The position numbers and the translations under genes were made by a program. From positions 128,001 to 192,000 of IMG/VR virus record IMGVR_UViG_3300026549_000032: a DNA stretch of 64,000 nucleotides. One strand, 5' to 3'. Under the pieces are notes generated by a model that saw only the letters and a program-made list of their open reading frames with translations, searched no databases and was not told the DNA's origin. Of the stretch, positions 38,506-51,300 are shown one piece after another. Source of the stretch: a virus. Taxonomy: Duplodnaviria > Caudoviricetes. Position 1 is the stretch's first letter; each line of letters begins with the position of its first letter.

Positions 38506-39033
38506 ATGGTAGAAAAAGTTTTAGAAAATCAATTTATTGAATTAGAGAACAAAGAAGAACAGTTTAGTATATTGACTACTTTTAATGAGCTTTACTTCGA
38601 TGCAAATCCTGCTATTGATGAGTTTCTCTTTCGGGTACAGAACTATGAAATGACAGATCTTCCTTTTGGACAGAGATATTTCATGCTGTCTCCTCTATCC
38701 CTTGAAGAATATTATGATGTAATAGGGTACTTCGTAAGGAATGGTTATAGAAAGAGGCTTAAGTTATCTATATCTAGTCCACACGAGTACAAGGGGACTC
38801 ATTATAAAAGAGAAATTTGGACTTTTGGTAGGATCCAAGAAGAAAAGAATTATTTTAAAAAAGCAATATATGTTTTTGAACCTTTTCAATATCAGCTTAG
38901 AATTTTTATCAAGGTAGACAGAAAACAACTTGAGGAATTTAGAGAATTGTTGAAGGGGCTGTCAGGATATAAAATTAATTGGCTCCTAGTAGATAGAGAG
39001 CCTCTGGCAGAAAGTGATTGGATTTTAAAATAA
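38506..39033 (+). CDS. Hypothetical protein
   Basis: ATG just after the promoter-like motif at 38493. Confidence 0.75.
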   Translation: MVEKVLENQFIELENKEEQFSILTTFNELYFDANPAIDEFLFRVQNYEMTDLPFGQRYFMLSPLSLEEYYDVIGYFVRNGYRKRLKLSISSPHEYKGTHYKREIWTFGRIQEEKNYFKKAIYVFEPFQYQLRIFIKVDRKQLEEFRELLKGLSGYKINWLLVDREPLAESDWILK

Positions 39034-39044
39034 TCTTAATTGAG

Positions 39045-39668
39045 ATGATAATTTTAAGAGATAAAAATTTTGCTTCAAGAGCTGAGATTGGAGCTAGACC
39101 CGATAAATGCGCCGAAAAGCAATGTGAAGGTGTTTTGATAGAACTTATCAAAGCACTTGAATTTTACGACCGCCAGAGTAATATGAAACACTGGTTGCTA
39201 GAAGAAATAGTTGGAAGATACTTTAAAGAGGCTGTAGTAGCAGGAACATCTATAACTGACTGTTTAATTAGAGGAGACGATGGTCCAGAGGTAAAGAGAC
39301 GAATCGGTATTAGACTTACCACAGGAGATAAATTTATAGAAGAAGTATTTGATCTTTTTAAACCAGGTAAAGAACAATATAGGAAATATGCTTCCTCTTA
39401 TAAAAACGAATTAGATAACCTAAATCTAGATGTTGATACTTATAAGAGGGTTTTGAAGTATATTTCCCTTACTTTTACTGGTCAGATTGATCCAGACGTA
39501 GACGACTTTTGGAATAATAAAATATCAACTATGAAGGTTGACTACAACTCCATATGTCCTTTAAATACCGAAGTGACTAAGAGAACCGAACACCTTTTGC
39601 TTCAATGTATAGTTAATATCAAATGCTATTCAACTCCAGAGATGGATAGACTATTGAGAAATTATTAA
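39045..39668 (+). CDS. Hypothetical protein starting MIILRDKNFA
   Basis: First ATG in ORF 39018..39668. Confidence 0.75.
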   Translation: MIILRDKNFASRAEIGARPDKCAEKQCEGVLIELIKALEFYDRQSNMKHWLLEEIVGRYFKEAVVAGTSITDCLIRGDDGPEVKRRIGIRLTTGDKFIEEVFDLFKPGKEQYRKYASSYKNELDNLNLDVDTYKRVLKYISLTFTGQIDPDVDDFWNNKISTMKVDYNSICPLNTEVTKRTEHLLLQCIVNIKCYSTPEMDRLLRNY

Positions 39669-39712
39669 AAATAAAAGGAGTTCAGTCCTAATTAAGGGCT
39701 GTTCTCCTATTT

Positions 39713-40096
39713 TTATCTTACTCCGACTTTATATACGGCCACTTTTATACCACTTACACCCTTCTCAATGAAATACATTACTCCTTTCCCTGGTGATATT
39801 TCTTCCTCCCTAAAGTAGTGTGGTTTTCCTTGTGGTAAAGTCTTCAAGGCCTCTGACTCCGAATTCAACATAGAGTACTCTAAGAAATCCGTTACGTATA
39901 CTGGCTTTTTAAAACCAAACTTTTCCGGGTCCCTAGAGATTTGTGATATTGTATCTAGGGTTTCTTCTGCTTCTAAGTCTTCGTAGAGTCGTCCACCAGG
40001 CCACTTAATTTGTTCGGCCACAAGGTAGTATTTCGTTCCTTTGTACTTAGTAAACAGGGCTTGAACCGCTGCCTGAAGATTATTACATCTCTTCAT
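39713..40096 (-). CDS. Hypothetical protein
   Basis: 127-aa ORF in operon. Confidence 0.7.
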   Translation of the reverse strand: MKRCNNLQAAVQALFTKYKGTKYYLVAEQIKWPGGRLYEDLEAEETLDTISQISRDPEKFGFKKPVYVTDFLEYSMLNSESEALKTLPQGKPHYFREEEISPGKGVMYFIEKGVSGIKVAVYKVGVR

Positions 40097-41107
40097 CGTC
40101 TATCCTCCTCTTAAAGTAATACTTACTTCCATGAATCGGACCACACTCGGGGCCACAGTTAATGGGATATGTCGTAGTGGGCTCTATCCCACACATTTCC
40201 CAACCCTGTTTGCCAAGGGATGTTAGGGTCTTGATGTCGAGAGAAGTCAGGGTCTTATATTCCCAAAGATCACCTTCGTAGTCATAATCTTCCTCATCCT
40301 CGTCGTCTTCATCCTTATTGTACTCGTCGAGAGGACCTAAGAGAGCCTCTAGTTCCTTTAACCTGGTGTAGAGAGTCTCATTCGTTACTGTATACTCGGT
40401 GTAATCCTTCTTATCGCCTTCAAAGGAAACTGTGATGTAGCTCTTGTAGAGTATCTCTTTGCTGTTTTCATTTACATACTTAATGCTCCCTAGACGAATG
40501 GCGGAGATAGGAACGATCTTTGAATTGAAAATTCCTTCCTTGTACATGTCCTCCTCTGCCTCCACTTTGAAGGGATAGTACCAGTGAGGTCTATATTTTT
40601 CACCTGCTCTAGCGACTAGTTTACGCTCAAAGTCACCATAAGATTCGTCCCAGTAGAGGTCTTTTATTTTACCACCACTGTCTAAGCGTTCCTTTATTGT
40701 TTCAACGATATTCTTTACTACCATATTACTTTTCGTTTAAGCCAAAACTTATTAGCATGTTTCCACTGTCCTTCCTTATTGTCCATGACTGGTTGAACAC
40801 TAACCAGTTCCCAACCAAGTTCCCCATACTCGTTGAGGTCTTTCTCAGTTATGTTTAGTCGGGTTATGTATTCGAACTTATCAGGCCTTCTACTGTAGTT
40901 GGAGGTTATGCTGGATCTGAAATTCCACTTATCATCCCAATCTTTAAACTCTCCATAGACTTCAGTCCCATCAAGTTCTTCTATGGTTAGTCCATAATGA
41001 CCTGGTCCATCTTTTATTCTAGCTACACGACTCGGACCATAATACTGTTTTTTGATAGGCTGTTTCTCTTCTTTACTCATGATCCCGTTCTGGTGCAGTA
41101 ATGCCAC
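40083..41107 (-). CDS. Two proteins with C-terminal DUF4177-like domains (40083-40724; 40718-about 41080)
   Basis: WEYKTL...LGKQGWEM...YYFKR and FEYITR...LNEYGELGWELVSV...FWLKR. Confidence 0.7.
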
Positions 41108-41937
41108 TCAGTCAGTTCCTCAATCTTCTTCCAGTCTTTGTCACTGGGGTTGCTACAATCATCAGCCCAGAAGTCCATGCAATCACCATCCAAGTCATTG
41201 GGAGTAGTGGGAATTTTGACGGAATTGGTTTTGAGGATTTCGTCGAATGGAGGAAAGTCCTTCTCATGTTCCTCTAACCAGTCCATTAGACCGTAATCCG
41301 CGAAGTTAAATCTGGCACTATAGTATAGGAAGTCTTTCTGCCTATCTGTTTCGAACCAAGACTTGCCTTCATCGTTGGTGTAAGTCCGGAGAAAGTTCTC
41401 CTTATGGTTCTTTTCCCATGGCTTCTCAGGATCAGGAACGATGGCTTTTACCTTCTGAATTACACTCACCACATAATTTCTGAACTCCTGAATTAATGGA
41501 GTTGGTGTCTCAAGTTCTGGGTAATATTTATACTCATGCTGCTTTCCGTCCCACTCAAGCATTTTTATTGCAATCTCAGGGACCTTCGGATCAAAGAGGT
41601 AGTTCAGAAGTGTATCCCAGTAGACTTTATTCTTGTTAACGGGGTCAGGGCAAGCTCCCCATATTTCTCGGTACATATCATTTTCATCCTCTTTGAAACC
41701 TGGGGCTTGGTAAGAATCTTCATAAACCCAATCCTCTTCTTCACCCTCTTCAGCCTTTTTCATAGCATCCTTGAGACTCTTAACCCACTCTTTATAGCGG
41801 TCATAAGAGAACTGGATAAGTCTAAAGAATGGGATCTTCTTCTTTAACTCCTCAAAGGTAATACCTTCCTTTGGTCCACATATAAAGACCTCAGTCGAGG
41901 AGTTAGTAATAACGTCTGTCTTACTTTTGATCTTCAT
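41077..41937 (-). CDS. TNSS-tag family protein 4
   Basis: MKIKSKTDVITNSSTEVFI. Confidence 0.85.
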   Translation of the reverse strand: MKIKSKTDVITNSSTEVFICGPKEGITFEELKKKIPFFRLIQFSYDRYKEWVKSLKDAMKKAEEGEEEDWVYEDSYQAPGFKEDENDMYREIWGACPDPVNKNKVYWDTLLNYLFDPKVPEIAIKMLEWDGKQHEYKYYPELETPTPLIQEFRNYVVSVIQKVKAIVPDPEKPWEKNHKENFLRTYTNDEGKSWFETDRQKDFLYYSARFNFADYGLMDWLEEHEKDFPPFDEILKTNSVKIPTTPNDLDGDCMDFWADDCSNPSDKDWKKIEELTEWHYCTRTGS

Positions 41938-42694
41938 TTCTTTTCTTGATTATATGATTCTTTGTATCTAATTCCCAAATCTCGTTTATGGCAATCTCAT
42001 CCATAAACTTCTTCACCTCTTCTGGAGTGGCTGGTCTTATATCATCCTTATCCATTATAGTCAAGGGACCATCTATCGCCCTGTCTAGTTGGAATCCACC
42101 GTCGTAGGAAGGATGATAGGTAGAGATTTTCTGTCTATCCTTTGATAACATGAGGACAAACCTAATCCCTTTGTAGGACTTTGTGAGTCGTTCCATGCTT
42201 TTATCGAAGAAAACTGTTACCATAGAACCATCATTTGGGAGACTCTCAACCAGACTCTGCATTCTTTCCTTATGCTTCATCTCTTTCCAGTCGTCGACCA
42301 GACTTCGTCCACCACATTCGGTATCATGAGATCCGAAAGCATAGCCAACGAGGTCCTTGTAATGATGTTTGGTCTTTTCCCAAATTTCGTCGATGGTCTG
42401 CCCTGGGTAGTCATAGAGGAAGTTTCCTTTCTCTTCCCATGGGTCCTCATCTGGGAGGGGAATTTTATCTATGTTGCCTGTTGACCACAAGTCGTTCCAA
42501 GCCCAACCTTTATAATCACGATCGGTTATGGTTTCCTTTAAGTCATCCAATGTATTAACTTCCCAGAGATCTAGCTCTTGGCCTTGTTCTTTAATCCAAG
42601 CCTTCATGTCGAAGTAGTCTTTGTCCATCTTGAATATGAACACTTCAGTACTACTATTCGTTATAACATCCGTTTTAGATTTAACTTTTATCAT
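41921..42694 (-). CDS. TNSS-tag family protein 5
   Basis: MIKVKSKTDVITNSSTEVFI, start at the internal ATG. Confidence 0.85.
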   Translation of the reverse strand: MIKVKSKTDVITNSSTEVFIFKMDKDYFDMKAWIKEQGQELDLWEVNTLDDLKETITDRDYKGWAWNDLWSTGNIDKIPLPDEDPWEEKGNFLYDYPGQTIDEIWEKTKHHYKDLVGYAFGSHDTECGGRSLVDDWKEMKHKERMQSLVESLPNDGSMVTVFFDKSMERLTKSYKGIRFVLMLSKDRQKISTYHPSYDGGFQLDRAIDGPLTIMDKDDIRPATPEEVKKFMDEIAINEIWELDTKNHIIKKRNEDQK

Positions 42695-42697
42695 ATT

Positions 42698-42708
42698 CCT
42701 TATTAAGG
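42698..42708. promoter_or_regulatory. Palindromic CCTTA-T-TAAGG at a divergent gene junction
   Basis: Reads CCTTA-N4-GG on both strands, a few nt from the starts at 42694(-) and 42722(+). Confidence 0.65.
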
Positions 42709-42721
42709 TAATGAAAAAGTT

Positions 42722-45181
42722 ATGAATCAAGAAAAATTTAAAATTACAAACACAACAGAACTAAAAGACGGTGAAATTATAAAAAGTGGAGACATCTGGG
42801 CGGCTTATAAAGGTCAGTCTCCGAAAGATCCGGAACAGATGTTAGTTCACTTCTCTATTAATATAGCAACTGGTACCCTCAGGAAAGAGGAGCATGAAGT
42901 ACCGAAGTGCTTGGGTTGGGGAAGAACGTCTCTGTTGATGAGATGTGAGTCCTTTCTTCCAGCCCTCGATAGGCACGGTTATGTATGGAATAATGTGATG
43001 AGAAAATTAATTGCATTCCATGGCTAAAAAGGAAAGAACTGAGAAAGTCAGAAAGTACTTAGAGTCTCTCGACAAAGGAGCACTCTTATCAATCATTAAG
43101 TACGGCTTGAGAGGAGATAGTAGTGCACCTCCTGAAGTTACTGTGGAGGACATATACGAAGTAATTGGTTGTCAATATATAAGTGAAGTAGTATGAAAGA
43201 TTACAGCGGAAAGAGTTTAAGCGAACTAAGTCGCGAAGAAGTTGCAGAGATTATTAAAGTTGGTGAAAAACTTCCTAAAGAGCTGTCCATTGTTGGATGG
43301 GATGATATCGAGGAGGATGAACTCGTTGATGACTCCGCCCTTGAGGAACAAGCTACCCACGAATGGGTTAGGGAGAATTTCGTCGGCAAGTGTTTCATGG
43401 ATACCCGCCAGACGATTGTCTTGAAGATACTCAGAGTTCGTGACAGTGACGGTCCTGATGAATTCCTGTTTGAGGAGTTTGACAAGGACGATAAGACTGG
43501 TTCTTGGGGACTCATGGAGTATTACATGTACGAGCAGCAGGGTGAACCTAAGCTTGATGTACATGGCCCTGATCACGTATTTGTTGAGCAGAACGTCTTT
43601 GATGGATACTGTATGGGCAATGATGGTAATTTGTACTTGGAGAAAGAGGAGTCAGGAATGTATATACCCCTCCGACCGATCGAGGAAGAGGCCTTCAATA
43701 AGATCAAGGCAGAAGTTTACGAGGACTATAAACTCGGCTATTGATGGACTGTAAGGGATGAACTAAGCAACTGTTACGATGGTCTATGTGAAATGATTAA
43801 AGTATATAAAGATGTTGACTGACGAACAGATTGAGGCACGTGCCTTAGAGATATTCCCCGTTCGAGAGAAGGAGAATAAGAAAGCGACTGGCACCTATGA
43901 TAGTAACTTTCCAAGGCGGAAGGCCTATATACAGGGTTGCAAAGACTTTAGGGATCAACTCCTAGCCAAAGCAGCGAGAACTACTTCCAAAGTTATCAAG
44001 GCTCAGGAAGAGGATACGTGTAGACCCTACTTGGCACTTGAGAATTTATGTTATATCCCCGCTCCAAAGTTTTGTGAGGAAGGGGATAAAGTTACGGTTA
44101 TAATGATTAAAGAAGATGTTTGAAGATGCAAAAGCAGCATTATCCGCTGCATATGGTCTCGTAGAAGACAGATTAATGCAACACGACTACCGGACTGGTC
44201 CTGGCAAGAAGGCTCGGAAAAAGAAGAAGGCTGCACGCCGTCGGGAGAAACAAGGACGAAGAAATAGTAGGCGATGAGCGATAAAGATAAGAAACTTCTT
44301 TTAATAGATCTAAGTGCCAGATTGCCTTATAGACAGTTTGTCTTATTAGGCGGAAAAGAAACAGTTATGCTGTGTGGCATTGATGGTGATGAAGTATACC
44401 TAAACATTGACTCAGATTCATTTCATGTAGAAAGCATCAAACCTTATCTCAGGCCAATGTCTTCAATGACGAGAGATGAATCCTATGAGTTAGATCACGT
44501 TGAAGAGAGATATGATAATCACTACGATTCGATAGTTGCACAAATTGATTGGCTCAATAAGCATCATTTTGATTATCGTGGACTAATTGAAAAAGGTCTT
44601 GCATTGGAGGCACCAAAGGGAATGTATGGTACGGACCTGCACAACAATTGAACAATCCAGAGAAGTGGTGGAAAGTCGGGAAGACAATATCACTTCTCCT
44701 ACCCTCCCTGTATTCTAGAGATATGAAAGAAGAAGATAGAGAATTATTGTATAGGGAACTATGTGCTAGAAAACCTTTTGGAGTAATAGCTAGTACTATA
44801 AAGGATGTAGATACTAGTGTGGATCTAGGGCATGGAAACTATAAGCAGGCCAAATTCACTGGAAGGATTAGTTGTATATCTTACCCAATAATTAGCATAA
44901 GTGATGAGACCCTTGAAGAGTCGGGTGATTCTCACATTGATAATGTCCGGCCTTATCTTCGTTCAATATCCTCATTAACTGCAGAAGAGGAAAAGGAAAG
45001 AAGAGAGTTAGGAATTTGGATAAAACAGATCTCGAAAGATAAAGTAGTATTCAAAGGAATAGAGTTAGAGTCAGATTTTACAAAAGCTTTAAACTGGATT
45101 TATCAGCACCACTTAGATATAAATGGGTTGATAGAAAAAGGTCTAGCTTATGAAGCACCAGATGGAATGTATCGATTATGA
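42722..45181 (+). CDS. Hypothetical genes 42722, 43011, 43193 (acidic), 43812, 44116-44277 (basic tail, hand translated), 44274, 44648
   Basis: Mostly overlapping ORFs. The last two are paralogs (PYLR..SS.T..E; GLIEKGLA.EAP.GMY). Confidence 0.7.
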
Positions 45182-45370
45182 AAAGACCAAATAGAGGATT
45201 AAAGAAGTACATTAGAGTGATGAGTATAAAATCAGGTGATAACTAGGAGAATACCCAAAGAGAAAAAGTCTTTATGAAAACGTCTGTTATGGTGGATAGG
45301 ACTGTGAAAGGGAGAAAACACTCTCCTTTTCTTTTTTGTACCTTAGAAATGAAAATAATAAATAAACAAT

Positions 45371-48300
45371 ATGATAGTAAATAGAAACCCAAATTTTATT
45401 GTCAAGACTGTAGAAGGTTTGACAATATGTATTGAAGATGAGTTTATTAAACGGACCCCTATCCCTGGTGATGGTGCAATTAAAATTAAAGTCGATTGGT
45501 CAACTTATGGAGAGGTTGCTAGTTGGCTTGCCGCGTATGATAAAGACGACATGGGTAAAATTACTAAAGATAATTTTGAGGAATTCAATGACGGTCAGTT
45601 TTTTGAGTGTGAGGAAAATATGATTCGAAACGGTGGTCTTTGGTTGTCTACTTTGTACGGAACTGGTGAAAAGTTTGACGCCCTGGATCACAATCAAAAA
45701 CTCCCACCTGATACACCTTTCACTAAAATTGTAGCAAAAGGATGTAAGGCAAAGTGGGACGAGGAAGTTAGGGTAATTTCAATTTATACAGGTCGACAGG
45801 GGCTACTGACTATTACTGTTTTCGATAAGGCCACTGGTCAGTGTATGTTCTCTTGGGCATGTCTTGAGTTGTTTTTAAATTATAGATCGAGATAGTATGA
45901 GCGACGATATGACTTATGAAGAGTACTTGAGGCACGTCCATCCAGAGGCCTATACTCTTGGCGATTATGGTAAGTGGGTTAAATTTGGAGACTCTTATCC
46001 TCCGATAAATCCAAAAGGAGGCACGACAGTAGAAGTACTCTACGAAAATGGAAATCCTGGTTATGAATGGATTAATATGCACGACGATGGAACCGTAAGA
46101 TGGAGGGATTTTGATTTTAACCAAGAATTTTCATGGGGAGAATATGAAGAACACTATTGGCGATTCATTCCAGAAGACCCGCCAGGTAATTTCGGATATA
46201 ACGTTGGGTAAGCGGTAACTTAGGTTACCGTTTTATTTTCTAATCGCCTTATGGATGTAATAAAATAAAAGTATGGTATGGCAAAGAAAATAATATTAGA
46301 TCCTATTTGGGAATGTGAAACTATTCCTGATATGAAATTTGAAACAGAAGAAGACGCTGACAAGTTTGATAGCGTGCTAAGAAACTATATATCAAATAAA
46401 GAGGCTATATCTGAATTTGAGAAAGCAGAGAATGGTTTTCCTTCTTGGGCTGCGTTATGGAGACAGATAAGTATTGGAGAATTCCATTTTAAACTTGAAG
46501 GAAAGTATTCAGATGAGCTTATCGCAGCTTGCGAAACTTGTTTTGAAGTTGGGGAGATTGCGATCATAGCGATTGCTATACTCCTGTTATGGCTTATATA
46601 TTTGATCACCTGCATCCAGATGTGGTTAAATTACTTCTTAAAGAAGGGCATAGATAAGAAAGAACAAATAAATAACTATTTAAAATATGGGAAGTTTTAA
46701 TCATAAGTGTAATTTTTCACAACTCCCTGCTAAATGCGGTGATCGTATTGTCGTTTTGGTAGGTGTACGAATGACTAAAGATGTAATGGATGCTGATGGT
46801 TTTGCACCTGGTAATTCTTTCACTCCGATTTCAGTTCCTATCCGAGGCGAATACAATGACTATGGTGGAATTGAGAATGTAGATATGACTCCGGGCATTG
46901 AGGCACTTGAGAAATACTTTGATATGGAGGTTGGAGAGCTAGTTGATCATGCAGAACGTATTACGTGTGGATGTGAGAGACAGATTGGTGATGATTATGA
47001 GAAGATATGTAATCTCATCAATTCAGTCAAAGGATCTTCATACCACAAAGAGCATGGCTTAGAACTCTCGTACATTATGGAGCATGAAGCTGTATTTGAT
47101 GATCTGATAGCTATGAATAACCTGGCTATTAAGGATAGAGAATACTGGAGATTACCTCATAGATTCTTGGAAGACCTCGGCTATACGAAGAATGTTATAG
47201 GAGAGCACAATCATTACGAAGTGATTAAGTGGACTCATGATAATCTTCCTGAGCTAAAAGAGGAGTGCTATGTTTGGAAAACTAAAGACTTTAATGACTA
47301 TGGTAAGACAAGTCATACTCTAGCAGACCTCTGTGAGTATATCGGAGCAGAAGTTCCAGAGAAATACAACGAGAAGTACTATGAAGAAAGATTTAAGGCT
47401 GATATCGCTTTCTTAAGAGAAAAAGAGCAGCACTCTGGTGACATTGACTGGATATTTAGACACTCCGAAGATAATAACGAATATTCATTCCTTCGTCATG
47501 CAGAGTTTGGTCTCTTCCATAGAGGCGAGAACTCAGGATGTACAGAATATCTCATCTGCTCGTTGGGCGAAAGAGACACTCATATGGACATAAAGTACAT
47601 GAAGGAGATTATTGAGGTTGGTCTGTTGTATGATGCAATGAATATGCTTCAGATGACTTGGGGAAATACGAATTATTATCGCCAAGATATTAACTACGAC
47701 CTTCATGTTAGGTTCCTTGAGAAGTGTTTGTCTGTGGTGAAGGAGAAGAAAAGAAAGTATGAAGAGGAGTAAGAAGATAACAGACAATTACGTACTCTTA
47801 GGTGATGATGTAACTAACGAAGATCAATCAGTAGAGCTGAGAGAAGCAGGATTAGACCTCTCTATAGCAGACCATACTTGGCGAGTAGTTTACTATGACA
47901 GAGAACTAGACATGGCAGATTGGGAGGTTGAGAAAGTTGAATACCGTCAGTCAGAATTTATCATTCAGGCTATGGGAAAAGATCCAACTAAATCAATATA
48001 TCCCGCCTGGTCATTACTGTCTCTTATGTCTTGGGTAGCTACTAAAGGAGAATGGACATTAGTATCGAATGGTACACTGAAGTTTAGATATAATGATCCT
48101 GGAATGTCTGGGATTACTTTGGAAAGTCCTAGAGAATGTGACTTATTGAATTTATTTGTGCAATTAACGTTAAAATTATTAAAGAAATAGGCATGATCGA
48201 TAAAGTATATATGACCGACTCTACTTTAAAAGAGAAGGAACTTAAAGTATTGGGAACTGATCTTTTTAGGTCAGACTTAATCCTTGTAGATGTCGGTAAT

Positions 48301-51300
48301 GGAACCTATGAACAAGTTAGTGCTAGATCCCTTGCTTACGGTGGCAGGTATTCATATTTTCGAAAGGACGGACTTGTGTATCTATCTGCTAAGCCTGTTC
48401 CCTCTGGGAGTCAGCGTTTAGATAAATTAAGACTTGAGGATAGGATTTCTTTTATACTAGTCGATAAATTTAACAACGGTGCATTTTTCTTAGAAAGAAA
48501 ATCTGAATCTAGTTTAAAAAGTACAGAGTCATCGTATAAAGAAATGAAAGCTAGAGTCTTTATCTTCCGTGACCCAGATAGATTACACAGATTTCTATTA
48601 GAGGAGGATCTGTGGGAGGATATGGTTAAGAGAGTAGATGCTGAAGTAGAGAGACGAAAAGAGAAAGTCAGAGAGAAAAAGACTTTAACCGAAGATGAAA
48701 AGAAATTCTTAAGCTCTCAGCAATCAGGATCCCTAGAAGAAGGGAAGACATATTATGTAAGTTACGGACAACAGATAGAGAAAATTACTATTAAAGAGAA
48801 ACTATTAGAGAGTGGTAATCTTTATCTCCTCGACAATGGTAGGTACTTCAGTTGGTGTTATGGACGTATTTATAATATGCCGCCGTTGGAAAATATGAGG
48901 CCTATTCCCGTAATAGCAGACTTAGCAGATCCTAATAACTATTTAGAGGATTCATTGGAAGAAGCGAAGGATAGATTAAAAACTCTCAAAAGTTTCTTTG
49001 ACGATCCATGGAAGAAGGATACCTTGGATGTTCGAGTACTAGGAAAATCAAAGATAATGAAATCTATTAAGAAGAAATATAATTATAGAATTTTTATAGA
49101 ATGAGTTTTGGCTCATTCTTTCTTTTCACTCCCTTAATTTTGTATGGAAAGAATAACAGATAGAAAATGGTTGCAGAAAGAAAACAACCTAATAGGAAAA
49201 ACGCTATGTATTATCTGTAGAGGATTTAATGGTGTAAATCCCGAAGACGGTGTGCACACCCTTAGATTCTCTAGCACAGAGTATGCTATTGATGTAGAGA
49301 GGATTGATCCTGATCATATGAAGGCAGTTGACTATATCTATGGCAAGAATGTGATTATAGTTGACTGTGCGCCTCCTACATTAGAGAGGGAAACTCCATC
49401 TATATCAACTACAGACTGCTTGATCATTGACTACTTCCACCCAGGCGAATTTGAGAAGTATGAATACTACATCATGACTAGGGAGGAAGCCATCGAGCAA
49501 ATAAAGAATTATAATCAGCAAATCGTTGGTGACTTGTTTAAGTTATGAAGAAAATACGAGTTGGCTTTGGTACTAATGGAGACATCTACGAAGACTTAGA
49601 GAAATGTAAAGCTTGTAACTTCTGTACTCACTTTATGGGTTATGGTCTTCATTGGTGCGCTGGAAAGTGCCTTAAGAAGAACAAAGAGATAGAGGGCGGT
49701 TATACTGGTAATTACAGGAAGACTGCCATGGAATGTGACTCCTTTGATTGTAGGCCAGACCTATTAGTAGATGTGTAGATACAAGGTTAAGCACAAGTGT
49801 ATTAAACAGGACAGTTACTCTGGGTTCTTGGATGGAGAGGTTTATAGTATTGAACCTGCCAAGGGACTTGAGAGTTGTGCTGTTCTAGTGAGAGGGAAAC
49901 TTGTGGTAGAAGTTAATGGGAAAACTACAATCACCGAAGGAGTTGTAATTCCGAACGATGTAATAAGTGAATATTTCAAAGTAAATGTTGATAGATAAGA
50001 TTTGTAGCTTATTTAAAGGCGACGAAGAAAAGATAGTAATATTTGATAACAAATATTCGATAAAAGACCTGGATAAGATACGAACAGGAAAGAAGGAAGA
50101 TTCAACCTTAGAATTTCTTGAGTCAGATCTAGATTATATCTGTGATTGTTCAACGGTTCCCTTCTTTGAAGATTACAGGTGGACATTTAAGAACAAACAA
50201 ACTGGTCAGAAGGTCGATGTCTATGTTAGGTATAGATCTGATCCAGGAACTATAGAATTTATGGATGGACAAGATAGTATACTCCTATATAAATTAAAAT
50301 CATGAAACCAACAGTAGCATCAATTTTATATCTAGTATTTATTATAATCCTATTTATAACATACCATACTCACAATTCTGACTTTGAATCCACAGTAGTC
50401 GGATTGCTTGTTATAATTGGGTGTCAGAATTTCAGTAGTCAAACTAATAATAACAGATAATATGATAGTAAAAGAACCGTTTACAATCGAAGGCTACTTA
50501 GGCGGTTATAAAGACGCAACAGTAGTCGACAAGAAAGGAAAGAAGGTCGATGTAGAAGGCCTGACTCTTCACGAACTTTCTAAGAAGCAGGAAAAGGAAG
50601 AACTGTTCTTCCAAATAGAAGTCCCAGACAGATCTCTATACCTCGTCAAAAATACAGAGGTGTCAGACCGAGCCAAAGATTTTATTAAAACTATGAGGTC
50701 TCGTGAAGATGTAGAGAAAATTGCAGGATGGTTTATGAGCCTGGTTGGCTATTTCGGCCACTATGCATTTTTCACAAAGGAACTTTGGAGAAAAGTTAAA
50801 GGCTTCGAAAAGGAAGACGAAGCAGAAGTCATTCTGGCCTTTATTCAGTGGTGGTTTAGAAATGAATTTGGCCTACAGACTCAACCCTGTGGTTGTGGGT
50901 GGTATGGTCACTTCTCAAAATACACTGAGGATGATGAAAGTTTTGAAGATTACATTGAGAGGTACAGACCTGTTTTTGAGGCCTTCACTGACTGGTGTTG
51001 TAAACGAAGATAAGACACGACTAACAATGTCGTGTTTATTTTTATCAGGCTTAACCTTACATATGATATGAGTAAAAATATGAAAATAGAAGACTTAGCA
51101 AAAGAGTATTCTGATAAAAGAGTAGCGGAGAGCCCTAACAACGAATACAAGAATTATTCTCAAACAAAACAGAAGGAACTTACACATTTCGATGGCTATG
51201 ATATTGAACAAGCCTATGAAGATGGAGGGAAAGCTGTTTTAGAGAAGATTATGCAGGCTATTCGCGATAAGAAGACAGGAACTAGATTTGGTGATGTGAT

